Positions 28,859-39,234 of a stretch of 64,000 nucleotides of DNA are shown here, piece by piece (position 1 is the first letter of the stretch; each line of letters starts with the position of its first letter). Below the pieces are notes generated by a model. It saw only the letters and a program-made list of their open reading frames with translations, had not been told where the DNA came from and did not search any database. A program made the position numbers and the translations under genes. This DNA comes from Bacillales bacterium UBA6380 (GTDB lineage Bacteria; Bacillota_I; Bacilli_A; RFN20; CAG-826), in assembly GCA_002438785.1 (NCBI GenBank), contig DJQS01000008.1, forward strand, positions 2,735 to 66,734, in the 5' to 3' direction.

Positions 28859-30005
28859 ATGTCGTCAAAAAGATTTATGTTAAATGAAACTTCTTATCAT
28901 GGTCATGGAGCTATTTCAAATATTGTTCCAGAAATTGAAAACCGTGGTTTTAAGAAGGTATTAGTTTGTAGTGATCCTGATTTAGTTAAGTTTGGAGTTA
29001 CTAAAAAGGTTACTGATTTATTAGATAAAGCTAATATTAAATATACTTTATATACTAATATTAAGCCAAATCCTACTATTGAAAACGTTACAAGTGGTGT
29101 AAAAGCTTGTAAAGAATTTAATGCTGATTGTATAGTTGCTATTGGTGGTGGTTCATCTATGGATACTGCTAAAGCTATTGGTATTATTATAACTAATCCT
29201 GAATTTAGTGATGTTAGATCTTTAGAAGGAGTTGCTCCAACAAAAAAACCATGTTTACCAATTATTGCTGTTGCAACAACTGCAGGTACTGCAGCAGAAG
29301 TTACGATCAATTATGTTATTACTGATGTTGAAAAGAAAAAGGAAATTTGTTTGCGTTGATCCACATGACATGCCTATTGTTGCTATTGTTGATCCAGATA
29401 TGATGAGTTCAATGCCTAAAGGTTTAACCGCTTCTACTGGAATGGATGCATTAACTCATGCAATTGAAGGTTATATTACTAAAGGTGCATGGGAAATGTC
29501 TGATATGTTCCATATAAAAGCTATTGAATTGATTTCTAAAAATCTTAGAAAAGCTGTTGCTAATGATCCTGATGGAAGAGAAGGAATGGCTTTAGGCCAA
29601 TATATTGCTGGTATGGGATTTTCTAATGTTGGTTTAGGTATTGATCATGCTATGGCTCATACTTTAAGTGCTTATTATGATATTCCTCATGGTGTTGCTT
29701 GTGCAATGTTATTACCAATTGCTATGGAATTTAATAAGGAAGCTACTGGTAGTAAATATAAAGATATAGCTATTGCTATGGGTGTTGATGTTTCTAATAT
29801 GAATCAGGAAGAATATCGACAAGCTGCAATCGATGCTGTTAAAAAATTATCAATAGATGTTGGCATTCCAACTAAATGCGAAAAGATTTTACAAAAAGAT
29901 CTCGATTCATTAGCTAGCGATGCTCTTAAAGATGTTTGTTACCCAGGTAATCCAAAAGAAGCTAGTAAAGAAGAAGTTATTGCGTTATTTTCTAAATTAA
30001 TGTAA
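28859..30005 (+). pseudogene. iron-containing (group III) alcohol dehydrogenase, split by a +1 frameshift in an A-run near 29336-29340
   Basis: The N-terminal 167 aa ('GGGSSMDTAKAI') and the C-terminal 225 aa ('DALTHAIEGY', 'HAMAHTLSAYYDIPHGVACAMLLP') lie in different frames. Deleting one A from 'gaaaagaaaaagg' restores 'VEKKRKFVCVDPHD' and gives a protein of about 382 aa. Confidence 0.7.
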
Positions 30006-30157
30006 ATATAAAAAATTAAAAATGTAAAAGCACTTTTAAAAAAGAGTGCTTTTTTTGTTAAAATCCTTTAGATCTCAGCTTTTTTATTAAAATTTAATAA
30101 ATTATTTTGTTATAAAAAATAATAGTAATAATAAGAATCTAAATTTATAATATTCAT

Positions 30158-31231
30158 ATGATATTTAAAAACTTATTTAAAACTCATAAAAAAGAGAAAG
30201 TATCTAAAATTGAAGCGCCAAAAAATGGTATTAGGTTTGCTTCAGCTACAACAGACTTTATTTTTTATATTGTAATCTTTTTAATTTTATATATATTTGG
30301 CGGAAATGGATTTGTAAATACTATTACAGATTATGATAATAATCAAAAAATTATGAATTCATATGTTTATAGTTCATCTTTAGGAAATTTTCAAAATGGT
30401 AAATTTATAGAGATTAAAGATGATACTAATTCTATTGATAATTATCTAAATAGTCTTGAATATTATTATTTAAATTGGAAGACTGGAGTCTATAATAATT
30501 TAATCGATAAAAATAATAATTTATATATCGAGAATCCAAATACAATTAATTATTTAATTGAATTTAATAATAAAGAAATAGATTATAGATATTATTGGTT
30601 TAATGTGAATGTATTAAAATTAGAAGATACTTTAAATTTATATGATTCAAAAGAGGTTAAAGATTTTTTTATTTATCAAAATGATAAAAATCAAATTGCG
30701 GTAAAAAATCCAAAATATTTTGATGATAACGGGAAGATATATTTACAATTTCAAGAAGATATTACTTCATTTTTTAAAAAAGAATATTCAAAAGCAAGTC
30801 TAGATTTATCTAATTCATCTTTTTATCAGAATGTACAAAAACAAAATGAAGTAGCTGAAAAAATTGAATATATTGTTTTTTTACTTACCCCCTTATTAAT
30901 TATCTATATTATCCCTGGATTAATATTTACTGAACGAAAAACTTTTTCTAGAATAATTTATAAAATAGGTTTAATAAATATGGAAGGTAAAGATCTTAGT
31001 AGATTTTCTTATTTATTAAGGTTTGTTCCTTTTTTAATGATTTTATTATTAAATTATTTTTTAAATTCTTTAATTATTTTTATTATATTATTAACGTTGC
31101 TATTTATTTTTAATCTTTGTTTATCTTTATTTAGTCCTAATAGAAAAGGAATATTTGATTATATATCAAATTCTTTATATATTGATGATCGTAAAATAAG
31201 TTTTATTAAATATGAAAAAGAAGACAAATGA
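30158..31231 (+). CDS. RDD-family membrane protein with a large extracytoplasmic insertion
   Basis: N-terminal 'RFASATTDFIFYIVIFLILYIF' and C-terminal 'ERKTFSRIIYKIGLINMEGKDLS...LRFVPF' match the RDD family signature. About 200-aa insert between the TM segments. Confidence 0.55.
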   Translation: MIFKNLFKTHKKEKVSKIEAPKNGIRFASATTDFIFYIVIFLILYIFGGNGFVNTITDYDNNQKIMNSYVYSSSLGNFQNGKFIEIKDDTNSIDNYLNSLEYYYLNWKTGVYNNLIDKNNNLYIENPNTINYLIEFNNKEIDYRYYWFNVNVLKLEDTLNLYDSKEVKDFFIYQNDKNQIAVKNPKYFDDNGKIYLQFQEDITSFFKKEYSKASLDLSNSSFYQNVQKQNEVAEKIEYIVFLLTPLLIIYIIPGLIFTERKTFSRIIYKIGLINMEGKDLSRFSYLLRFVPFLMILLLNYFLNSLIIFIILLTLLFIFNLCLSLFSPNRKGIFDYISNSLYIDDRKISFIKYEKEDK

Positions 31232-32315
31232 TTTAACCTTTAATTATTCGATGATTGATAAAGATTATTCGAAAGGATATTTAGCTTTAGCTCCTATATG
31301 GAAAAGAGCTTTAGCAGGATTAGTTGATTTTTTATTATTTATATTTATTACAACTAGTTTTTATTTTGGGTTTAAAGAAATTTTTTTAACATCTAGTAAT
31401 GTTAAAAAAATTAATAATGAATTTAGTAATGTAATGAAAGAATCAGGGCTTTTTAAAGAAGAAAATAATGAATTTTCTCTTTTTGAAAGTAATAATTATT
31501 TAGATTATCAAGATATTGTCTTTAAATTTTATTCTTCAAATTTAAATAATATTGATAATAAAGAAACAGTAAAAGATGTATACTGGTTTAATGTTTACTT
31601 ATTAGGTCAAGATGATGAATTGAATAAATTTGATGACGAAAATAATAAGCGATATAAATTTGTTTTAAATAATGGAAAAAAATATTTTGAATATTCAATT
31701 TCTAAAAGTGGGGAAAAAGAATATGATAAGTTTGCAACTATTAAAAAAGATCTTTATATTGACAATGAATTACCCAAAGATACATATAATAAGATTTTAA
31801 ATTATTATTATAATTTAGATTCTAATTGTGTATATGCTATAGCTTGTAATGATTTATATTCTACAAATGTTTACCAAACATTAAGAACATCATATAGTCG
31901 TTATTATTTTAATTACCCGCTTTATGTTTCTTTACCACTTTCTTATTTTATAATTTATGTTTTACCTATCTTAATTTTTAAAAATGGAGAGACTTTTGCA
32001 AAGAAAATGTTTAATTTATGCCTAGTTGATATAAATGGATATAGCTCAAATAAATTTAAAAATATATTTAGAATGCTCATTCCTATTTTATTTATTTTAA
32101 TAATTTTTATATTTAACCCAATGTTTGCTTTAATATTATTTTTATTAATGGTTTTTATTTCTTTTTTATTAATGATATTTAACACTATGCATAAATCGCT
32201 ATTTGATTTTTGTGGATTAACACTATGCATTGACAATAAAGAATCTATTTGGTTTAAAAGTAAATATGAACAACTTCAGTATGAAGAAAATATGAAGAAA
32301 ATAAAGAAATTGTAA
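31212..32315 (+). CDS. RDD-family membrane protein, paralog
   Basis: 'WKRALAGLVDFLLFIFI' and 'GETFAKKMFNLCLVDINGYS' match the RDD signature. Same insert architecture as the upstream gene, with a 20-nt overlap. Confidence 0.55.
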   Translation: MKKKTNDLTFNYSMIDKDYSKGYLALAPIWKRALAGLVDFLLFIFITTSFYFGFKEIFLTSSNVKKINNEFSNVMKESGLFKEENNEFSLFESNNYLDYQDIVFKFYSSNLNNIDNKETVKDVYWFNVYLLGQDDELNKFDDENNKRYKFVLNNGKKYFEYSISKSGEKEYDKFATIKKDLYIDNELPKDTYNKILNYYYNLDSNCVYAIACNDLYSTNVYQTLRTSYSRYYFNYPLYVSLPLSYFIIYVLPILIFKNGETFAKKMFNLCLVDINGYSSNKFKNIFRMLIPILFILIIFIFNPMFALILFLLMVFISFLLMIFNTMHKSLFDFCGLTLCIDNKESIWFKSKYEQLQYEENMKKIKKL

Positions 32316-32396
32316 AACACATTTGTATTATATTTTTATCTAACATTTTAATGCTACTTTATGTTATTATATAAGGCTATTTTGGGGGAATGATGG

Positions 32397-34037
32397 ATGG
32401 AAGTCAAAATTCAAGGTCTTACAAAAAAATTCTATAGTAAGAAAAATCAAGAGACAATTGCAGTAAATAATATGACGTTTACAATTCCTGATGGTAAACT
32501 TGCTGGATTGCTTGGTCCTAGTGGTTGCGGTAAATCAACAACTTTGTATATGATTGCTGGTTTACATAAGCCAACTGATGGTAAGATTTATTTTGGAGAT
32601 GAAGATGTTACTAATATTCCTCCAGAAAATAGAGGAATTGGATTAGTATTTCAAAACTACGCATTATATCCTCATTTATCTGTTAGACAAAATATACAGT
32701 TTCCACTAGACAATGTAAAAATTAATTACGTTAGTGGAAAAGGTATTGATAATAAAAAAATCAAAGAAATTGATAAAGAAATTAATAAAGTTACAAAGGA
32801 AATCGAATCTTTTAGTAAAAAGAAAGAACATCTTTTTAAATTAAATGAAGAATTAAAAGCTAAAAAGGATGAATTTGCTACTTTAAATGAGGAAGAACAA
32901 GTAAATTCTAAACTTATTAAGGAAATAGCTAAACAAGAAGAAGCAATTTATGCTATTCATATTGATGAGAACGCTTTAAATGAATTAAATGATAAATTAA
33001 ATAATTTAAATAAAGAATTAGATTATTATAAAAATACTGAAGTTGATTTGTATAAGACTAGAAAATTAACTAAAGATGAAAAAAACGAAATCGTTTTAAG
33101 AATGGCTAAGTTAGTCGATATTGAAAAATATCTTGAAAGAAAGCCAAAAGAACTTAGTGGTGGACAACAACAACGTGTTGCTATTGCTAGAGCCTTAGCT
33201 AAAAAGCCACAAGTCCTTTTACTTGATGAACCTCTAAGTAATCTTGATGCTAGACTTAGACTTCAAACTCGTGAAGAAATTAAACGTATTCAAAAAGAAA
33301 CTAAAATTACTACAATTTTCGTTACTCATGATCAAGAAGAGGCTATGTCTATTAGTGATTTTATAGTTGTAATGAAAGAAGGAGTTATTCAACAAATTGG
33401 TGAACCTCAAGCAGTTTATGATGAACCAGCTAATTTATTTGTTGCTAAATTCTTAGGGTCTCCTGCTATTAATATTTTTGATGGAGAAATAAAAAATGGA
33501 AAACTTTATATTGGTGAAAAAGAAATCGATAGCGATTCTGTTTATAAAGTTGAATACCATGGCCTAGAAGATTATACAGTTATTGAACCAGTTGATGATT
33601 CAAAAGTAAAAGAAACTACTAAATTAATAAGTGAAAAAGAAGACTTAATAAATAAAGCTACTGGTGAAGATAAAATAAAACTTGAAGAAGAAGTTAACAA
33701 ATTAAAAGAAAGATTAGAGACTGAAAAATCTAAACTTCAATATCATGAAGTTACAAAACAAAAAGAAGTTAATAAAACTGATCGTAAAGTATTTATTGGT
33801 GTTAGACCTGAATGTTTTAAATTAAATTCTAGAGGAAAAATCAATGTAAATGTTGATATAGTTGAACATATTGGCCGAGATATTTCCGTTATAGGAAAAA
33901 TTGAAGGTCAACCAAAATCACATTTAAAAATTATCATCCCTAGTGAAGAAAGATCTAAGATTGTTGGAAATGATAAAGCAACATTTTCTTTAAAGAAATT
34001 TTATGTCTTTAACGAAGATGGAACACGTGTGAAATAA
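32397..34037 (+). CDS. ABC transporter ATP-binding protein, MalK/MsmK/UgpC type, with two long coiled-coil insertions
   Basis: Walker A 'GPSGCGKST', Q-loop 'FQNYALYPH', signature 'LSGGQQQRVAIARA', Walker B 'LLLDEPLSNLD' and H-loop 'FVTHDQ'. An insert of about 125 aa lies between the Q-loop and the signature motif, and a second insert lies in the C-terminal regulatory domain. Confidence 0.85.
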   Translation: MEVKIQGLTKKFYSKKNQETIAVNNMTFTIPDGKLAGLLGPSGCGKSTTLYMIAGLHKPTDGKIYFGDEDVTNIPPENRGIGLVFQNYALYPHLSVRQNIQFPLDNVKINYVSGKGIDNKKIKEIDKEINKVTKEIESFSKKKEHLFKLNEELKAKKDEFATLNEEEQVNSKLIKEIAKQEEAIYAIHIDENALNELNDKLNNLNKELDYYKNTEVDLYKTRKLTKDEKNEIVLRMAKLVDIEKYLERKPKELSGGQQQRVAIARALAKKPQVLLLDEPLSNLDARLRLQTREEIKRIQKETKITTIFVTHDQEEAMSISDFIVVMKEGVIQQIGEPQAVYDEPANLFVAKFLGSPAINIFDGEIKNGKLYIGEKEIDSDSVYKVEYHGLEDYTVIEPVDDSKVKETTKLISEKEDLINKATGEDKIKLEEEVNKLKERLETEKSKLQYHEVTKQKEVNKTDRKVFIGVRPECFKLNSRGKINVNVDIVEHIGRDISVIGKIEGQPKSHLKIIIPSEERSKIVGNDKATFSLKKFYVFNEDGTRVK

Positions 34038-34055
34038 AATAAAGTTGGTAAATTT

Positions 34056-35054
34056 ATGGAAAATTCACAAATTTTAGATCAAACATTATATGTAAGAAAG
34101 AGAAAATGGTATATGCCAGAATGGTGTAAAGCATGGATTGCTCTTATACCAGCATTGTTTTTCTTAATAGTTTTTATGATCTATCCAATATTAAATACAA
34201 TATGTATTTCTTTTATTGAAAACTTTGCGTGGGTTGGAAAAAGTGGAAGTAGCTTTGCTTTAACTAACTTTTTTGCTGCAGCGAATAACTCTCGTATTCA
34301 AGAAATGTATTTTAATTTTAATAATTATATCAATGTTCTTATTGATAACAATTTCCAAACAGCATTATTTAATACGGTAATGCTTGTTATTGTACAAGTA
34401 CCATTAACTATCATTATTGGTTTGCTTATTGCAGTTGCTTTAAATTCAATAAAACCATTAAAAGCATTTTTCCAAACAGTGTTTTTCTTGCCTTATGTAA
34501 CTAACACTATTGCATTAGGTGTTGTCTTTTCAATGATGTTTTCATCTAATTCTGGTGGTTTAATGAACTCTTTTATAAATCTTTTTGGATTAGATCCTGT
34601 CGGATGGATGTCTAATAAATGGTCGATGTTTTTCGTTCTTACAGTCTATTCAATATGGAATGGATTAGCTTTTAAAATATTAGTATTTTCTAGTGGACTT
34701 GCTACAATTGATAAACAATATTATGATGCTGCTAGAATTGATGGTTCTTCTAAATTTACTATTTTTAGAAGAATTACTGTTCCATTATTATCACCTCAAA
34801 TTCTTTATATTACTGTTACCTCGTTCATTGGGGCATTTAAAGCTTACTCACAAATTATTTCTTTAGTAGGTGGTGGTGCTACTAATTTTGGTGGAAGTAA
34901 TAATAAGATGTGGATTACAGTTGTTGGATATATTTATTATTATCAAACTGATAAAATTGGCCAAGCTAGTGCTGCTGCAGTAATTTTATTATTAATTATT
35001 TTACTTATTACTGGTGTTCAAATGTTAGTAAGTAAAAAAAGAGTTCACTATTAG
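34056..35054 (+). CDS. ABC transporter permease (MalF/UgpA-like)
   Basis: EAA loop 'DAARIDGSSKFTIFRRITVPLLSP'. Six TM segments. Confidence 0.8.
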   Translation: MENSQILDQTLYVRKRKWYMPEWCKAWIALIPALFFLIVFMIYPILNTICISFIENFAWVGKSGSSFALTNFFAAANNSRIQEMYFNFNNYINVLIDNNFQTALFNTVMLVIVQVPLTIIIGLLIAVALNSIKPLKAFFQTVFFLPYVTNTIALGVVFSMMFSSNSGGLMNSFINLFGLDPVGWMSNKWSMFFVLTVYSIWNGLAFKILVFSSGLATIDKQYYDAARIDGSSKFTIFRRITVPLLSPQILYITVTSFIGAFKAYSQIISLVGGGATNFGGSNNKMWITVVGYIYYYQTDKIGQASAAAVILLLIILLITGVQMLVSKKRVHY

Positions 35055-35065
35055 GAGGTAAATGT

Positions 35066-36016
35066 ATGGCAAATTCAAGCAGAAATGAAGTTTACTTTAC
35101 TAGTGAAAGAGATCGTAAAATTTATGTAACAAAGAAAGTTTTACATTATATATTAGTTTATGCATTTTTAACAATTTTGGGTTTATTCATGATAATTCCT
35201 TTTTATTACATGATTATTAACTCGTTTAAAGATGCTAAGATATATGAAAATGAATTATTAAATAGTAATTTAAATTTATTTGATTTTTCTAGTATGGGAT
35301 TATCATTAAATAATTTTAAGGCTATATTTAATTTAAAAATGGGTGGTAAACCTGTCAATATTGGTATGTTTTTCCTCAATACTTTTATTGTTTCTATTTT
35401 ATCTACTATCTTTACTTTAATTACGACAGTATTAGCAAGTTTTGCTTTTGCTCGTATTAATTTTAAAGGTAAAAATATATTATTTTCAATTTTGCTTGCT
35501 ACTATGATGATTCCTGGTGAAATGATGATTATTACAAATTATCAAACAGCATTAACATGGAATATGGCAAATACATATAGTTCATTAATATTTGTTCATG
35601 GTGTGAGTGTTTTCTATATTTTCTATTTAAGACAAACATTCCAACAAATACCAAATGAGCTTTATTTAGCAAGCAAGGTTGATGGCTATGGAACTTTCTC
35701 TTATTTATGGAAAGTAATGATTCCGATTGCGATGCCAACTATTATTTCGATTGCTATTTTATCATTGATGGGTGCATGGAATAGTTATGTTTGGCCTAAT
35801 TTAATTGCTAGTGGTGAAAACCCTATCTTTGGAAATTCGATGAAATTAGTTAGTAATGGTCTTATGGATATGTTTACTAATTCGTTAACTGGAGAAAGTA
35901 ATGATACAGCTAAAATGGCTGCAGCTTTACTTGTTACTATCCCATTATTTATTTTCTTTTTAATTTTTAGAAAGAAGATTATGAGTGGAGTTTCTCGTAG
36001 TGGTATTAAAGGTTAG
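35066..36016 (+). CDS. ABC transporter permease (MalG/UgpE-like)
   Basis: EAA loop 'ASKVDGYGTFSYLWKVMIPIAMP'. Confidence 0.8.
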   Translation: MANSSRNEVYFTSERDRKIYVTKKVLHYILVYAFLTILGLFMIIPFYYMIINSFKDAKIYENELLNSNLNLFDFSSMGLSLNNFKAIFNLKMGGKPVNIGMFFLNTFIVSILSTIFTLITTVLASFAFARINFKGKNILFSILLATMMIPGEMMIITNYQTALTWNMANTYSSLIFVHGVSVFYIFYLRQTFQQIPNELYLASKVDGYGTFSYLWKVMIPIAMPTIISIAILSLMGAWNSYVWPNLIASGENPIFGNSMKLVSNGLMDMFTNSLTGESNDTAKMAAALLVTIPLFIFFLIFRKKIMSGVSRSGIKG

Positions 36017-36034
36017 TCTTAAGGAGTTTTTGTT

Positions 36035-37660
36035 GTGAAGAAGTTAAAATTAATTGCATTGTCTTTATTTGCTACAACTGGATTATTAGCAAGTTGTGGA
36101 GGAAATAATGGAGGAGTTGGAGCTGATTATACAGTTGATATGAGTATTGATACAAGAGGTGTAAATATTGAAATGTGGACATCTTTTGGCCAATCTATTA
36201 ATAGTAATTTAGAAAATATCTTAGAAGAATTTAAAAATGAAACTGGTATTACTGTTACTCATACTTCAAAAGGTGGATATGAAAATCTTCGTGAAGCGAT
36301 AAGTTTAGCAGCTTCCGGGCAAAAATATCCTAATGTTTGTATTGGTTATCCCGATCATTTTGCTGGTTATATTAATTCAGATATTCAACTTCGACTTGAT
36401 TATTTAATTGAACATGATAGTGAAATTCCTACTAGTAGAACAAATGAAGATGGGTCAACCTTTTATGAATTAGATCCTATTGATATGTCTAGTTTTTATA
36501 GTGATTATATGAAAGAAAACCAAAATCTTGAATTTAAAAAAGATGGGAGTGGTTATACTTTAGGATTACCTTTTAATAAATCTACTGAAGTAATGGTTTA
36601 TAATAAAACTTTTATTGATTGGGCAAGTACTCAAAATTCTAACATTAAAGTCCCTGAAACATATGATGAATTAGAATCAGTTGGAAAAGCTATATTTACT
36701 TTACTTGATAATGCTCCTAGGGCTTTTAGTAGTTCTAAAGGTATTTTTGATTATGACGATAAACATGTTGCTACTAAAGGCTATGTTTTAGGAAATGATG
36801 GAAAGGTCTATCTTAATGAATCCGAATGTTCTAAGGCTACAAAAAATGATTCAGTTATTGATTTAACTTCAGTTACTTCAACAATGCCATTTAAAGTATT
36901 TTCTTACGATTCTCAATCGAATTTCTTTATTTCTTTAATTAGAAATTATGGTGGCGAGTATACTCATTTAGATAAGTCAACAAGAAAAGGATATGTTGAT
37001 TTTAATAATGATGTAACAAAAGAAGCCTTAACAATGGTTAAAAAATTATCTAATGAAAATATTTTAGGTATACCAAAGACTTGGGCTAAAGAATCCTTTT
37101 CTACTGATGCATTTAAACTTGAATTAACATTATTTAGTGTTTCTAGTAGTGCTGGAGCTAGTAAGAATGTAAATGGAAATAGATATGAAATGGGTGTAAG
37201 TACTGCACCTGTTAAAGATTTAAGTAATAAAAATGTTATTTCTCAAGGAACAAATTTAGCTATTTTAGATAAGGGTAGCGATAAAGAAATTGTTGCTAGT
37301 TGGAAATTGTTAAAATATTTAACACAAAAAGCTAATGGTGAATTTGCTTATGAATCGGGATATTACCCTTGTTCAACTATTGGTATGAATAGTGATATTT
37401 ATCAAAATTTCTTAAGTGGTAAAGGAGTTAGTGATTCTGTTGAAGATAAAGCTAAAAGAGCAGCAGCTAATGTTAATGCTAATGTTTATTTAAATGATTC
37501 ATCAAATTGGAATAAATTCGTTGATGATGCTTTTGTTGGATCGAGTTTAGTTAGAACTGAGGCTGAAACAATTATTCCTCAAGTTATTGAAGGAGCTTTA
37601 ACAATTGATGAAATTTTGAATAATGCTTATTCTAATTTATCTTCTTATGTAAAAAAATAA
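36035..37660 (+). CDS. lipoprotein, ABC transporter substrate-binding protein (family 1), paralog 1
   Basis: Lipobox 'LLASCGG'. About 38% identical to the next gene. The SBP-like fold is inferred from context and length. Confidence 0.6.
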   Translation: MKKLKLIALSLFATTGLLASCGGNNGGVGADYTVDMSIDTRGVNIEMWTSFGQSINSNLENILEEFKNETGITVTHTSKGGYENLREAISLAASGQKYPNVCIGYPDHFAGYINSDIQLRLDYLIEHDSEIPTSRTNEDGSTFYELDPIDMSSFYSDYMKENQNLEFKKDGSGYTLGLPFNKSTEVMVYNKTFIDWASTQNSNIKVPETYDELESVGKAIFTLLDNAPRAFSSSKGIFDYDDKHVATKGYVLGNDGKVYLNESECSKATKNDSVIDLTSVTSTMPFKVFSYDSQSNFFISLIRNYGGEYTHLDKSTRKGYVDFNNDVTKEALTMVKKLSNENILGIPKTWAKESFSTDAFKLELTLFSVSSSAGASKNVNGNRYEMGVSTAPVKDLSNKNVISQGTNLAILDKGSDKEIVASWKLLKYLTQKANGEFAYESGYYPCSTIGMNSDIYQNFLSGKGVSDSVEDKAKRAAANVNANVYLNDSSNWNKFVDDAFVGSSLVRTEAETIIPQVIEGALTIDEILNNAYSNLSSYVKK

Positions 37661-37675
37661 TTTTAAGGGGGAAAT

Positions 37676-39232
37676 ATGAAAGAAAAATTTATTAAAACTT
37701 TATTTAGTAGCGTTATATTAGGTCTATCTTTAGTTAGTTGTGGAGGTAATAAAGGTAACTCCTACCCTAAAGATTATAGTATAGATACTACTGGGGCTAG
37801 TATTACTTTTTGGACTCCTTTTGGTGCTGAAATTGAAGGCTATGTTGAGAGTTATATTCAAGATTTTGAAAATGAATATGGGATTAATGTTGAGCTTGAA
37901 AGTAAAGGTAGTTATGATAATTTAAGAAAAGCAATTGTTGGAGCAGCCACTAGTGGAAAGTATCCTAATGTTGCTTTAGCTTATCCTGATCATATGGCTG
38001 AATATGTCAATAATGATATTATTCTTCGTCTTGATTCATTTTTTGAGCATGATAATGAAACTACTAATTCATTAGTTAGCGATAATGTAAGTCTAGCAAT
38101 CTCAGATTTTTATTCTGATTATATGAAAGAAAATCAATTAGTTGAGTTTAAAAGTGATGGTAGCGGATATACTCTAGGTGTACCTTTTAATAAATCAACT
38201 GAGGTAATGGTTTATAATGAAACTTTCTTTGATTGGGCAAGTTCAGTTGATAGTGATATCAAAGTTCCAACTACTTACGAAGAACTTGAAGTTATTGGTA
38301 CTAAAATCTTAAATGTTATGGATAATGCTTATGGCAAGATTATAGGTGAAGATAATAAAATTTATAATTCTGCTAAAGACGCTCCTAATGGTAAAATTAA
38401 GCTTGATTTCACTAAACTTACTAAAAATACAGATCCTACTGATTCTAAGTTAGAATCTACAAGATTCGTTCCATTTTCTTATGATTCTCAAGCTAATTTC
38501 TTTATTACATTATGTAGACAATGGGGTGGAGAATATACTGGTGTTGATCAAAATAAACACGGGAAGTTACTTTTTAATAGCGATAAAGTAAAAGAAGGTT
38601 TAGCTTATATTCAAAAATTATTTAATAAAGGAATTATTGGTATCCCTGCTAGTTATGGTGAAGCTAAATATAATTCAAACCCATTTAAAAAGATTCAAAC
38701 TGTTATGAATATTGGTTCTACTGCTGGAGCTGATAATGCTTTAGCTAGTGGAGATAAATTTACTACTGGATCTGCTCCAGTTTTATATAAAGATAGTGAA
38801 CATAAATATGTTATTTCTCAAGGAACTAATTTAGTAATGCTTGATAAAGGTAGTGATAAAGAACGCCTAGCTTCTTGGCAATTAGTTAAATATTTATCAA
38901 AAAAAGTTAATGGTGAGTTTGCTATTGATTCAGGATATTTTCCAAGTTGTGAATATGCTCAAAATAGTGAAAAATATCAAGAGTTTTTAAATATGAATCC
39001 TAGTAAATTATTGCCTAACGAAGTTCAATCTCAACAAATTGCTAAGATTAATAGTTCAATTTACATGAGTGAAAGTGAAAATTGGACAAAGTTTGTTGAT
39101 ACTCCTTTTGTAGGTAGCGCTAGATGTAGAGAAGAAGTCGCAACAATTATTCCACAATTGTTTACTGATAAAAAAACTCCTGAACAAGTTCTTGAAACGG
39201 CTTTAAAAAATTTAGTTGATTTTAATAAATAG
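37676..39232 (+). CDS. lipoprotein, ABC transporter substrate-binding protein, paralog 2
   Basis: Lipobox 'LVSCGG'. Shared blocks with the previous gene ('KYPNV', 'YPDH', 'GSGYTLG', 'PFNKSTEVMVYN'). Confidence 0.6.
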   Translation: MKEKFIKTLFSSVILGLSLVSCGGNKGNSYPKDYSIDTTGASITFWTPFGAEIEGYVESYIQDFENEYGINVELESKGSYDNLRKAIVGAATSGKYPNVALAYPDHMAEYVNNDIILRLDSFFEHDNETTNSLVSDNVSLAISDFYSDYMKENQLVEFKSDGSGYTLGVPFNKSTEVMVYNETFFDWASSVDSDIKVPTTYEELEVIGTKILNVMDNAYGKIIGEDNKIYNSAKDAPNGKIKLDFTKLTKNTDPTDSKLESTRFVPFSYDSQANFFITLCRQWGGEYTGVDQNKHGKLLFNSDKVKEGLAYIQKLFNKGIIGIPASYGEAKYNSNPFKKIQTVMNIGSTAGADNALASGDKFTTGSAPVLYKDSEHKYVISQGTNLVMLDKGSDKERLASWQLVKYLSKKVNGEFAIDSGYFPSCEYAQNSEKYQEFLNMNPSKLLPNEVQSQQIAKINSSIYMSESENWTKFVDTPFVGSARCREEVATIIPQLFTDKKTPEQVLETALKNLVDFNK

Positions 39233-39234
39233 AG

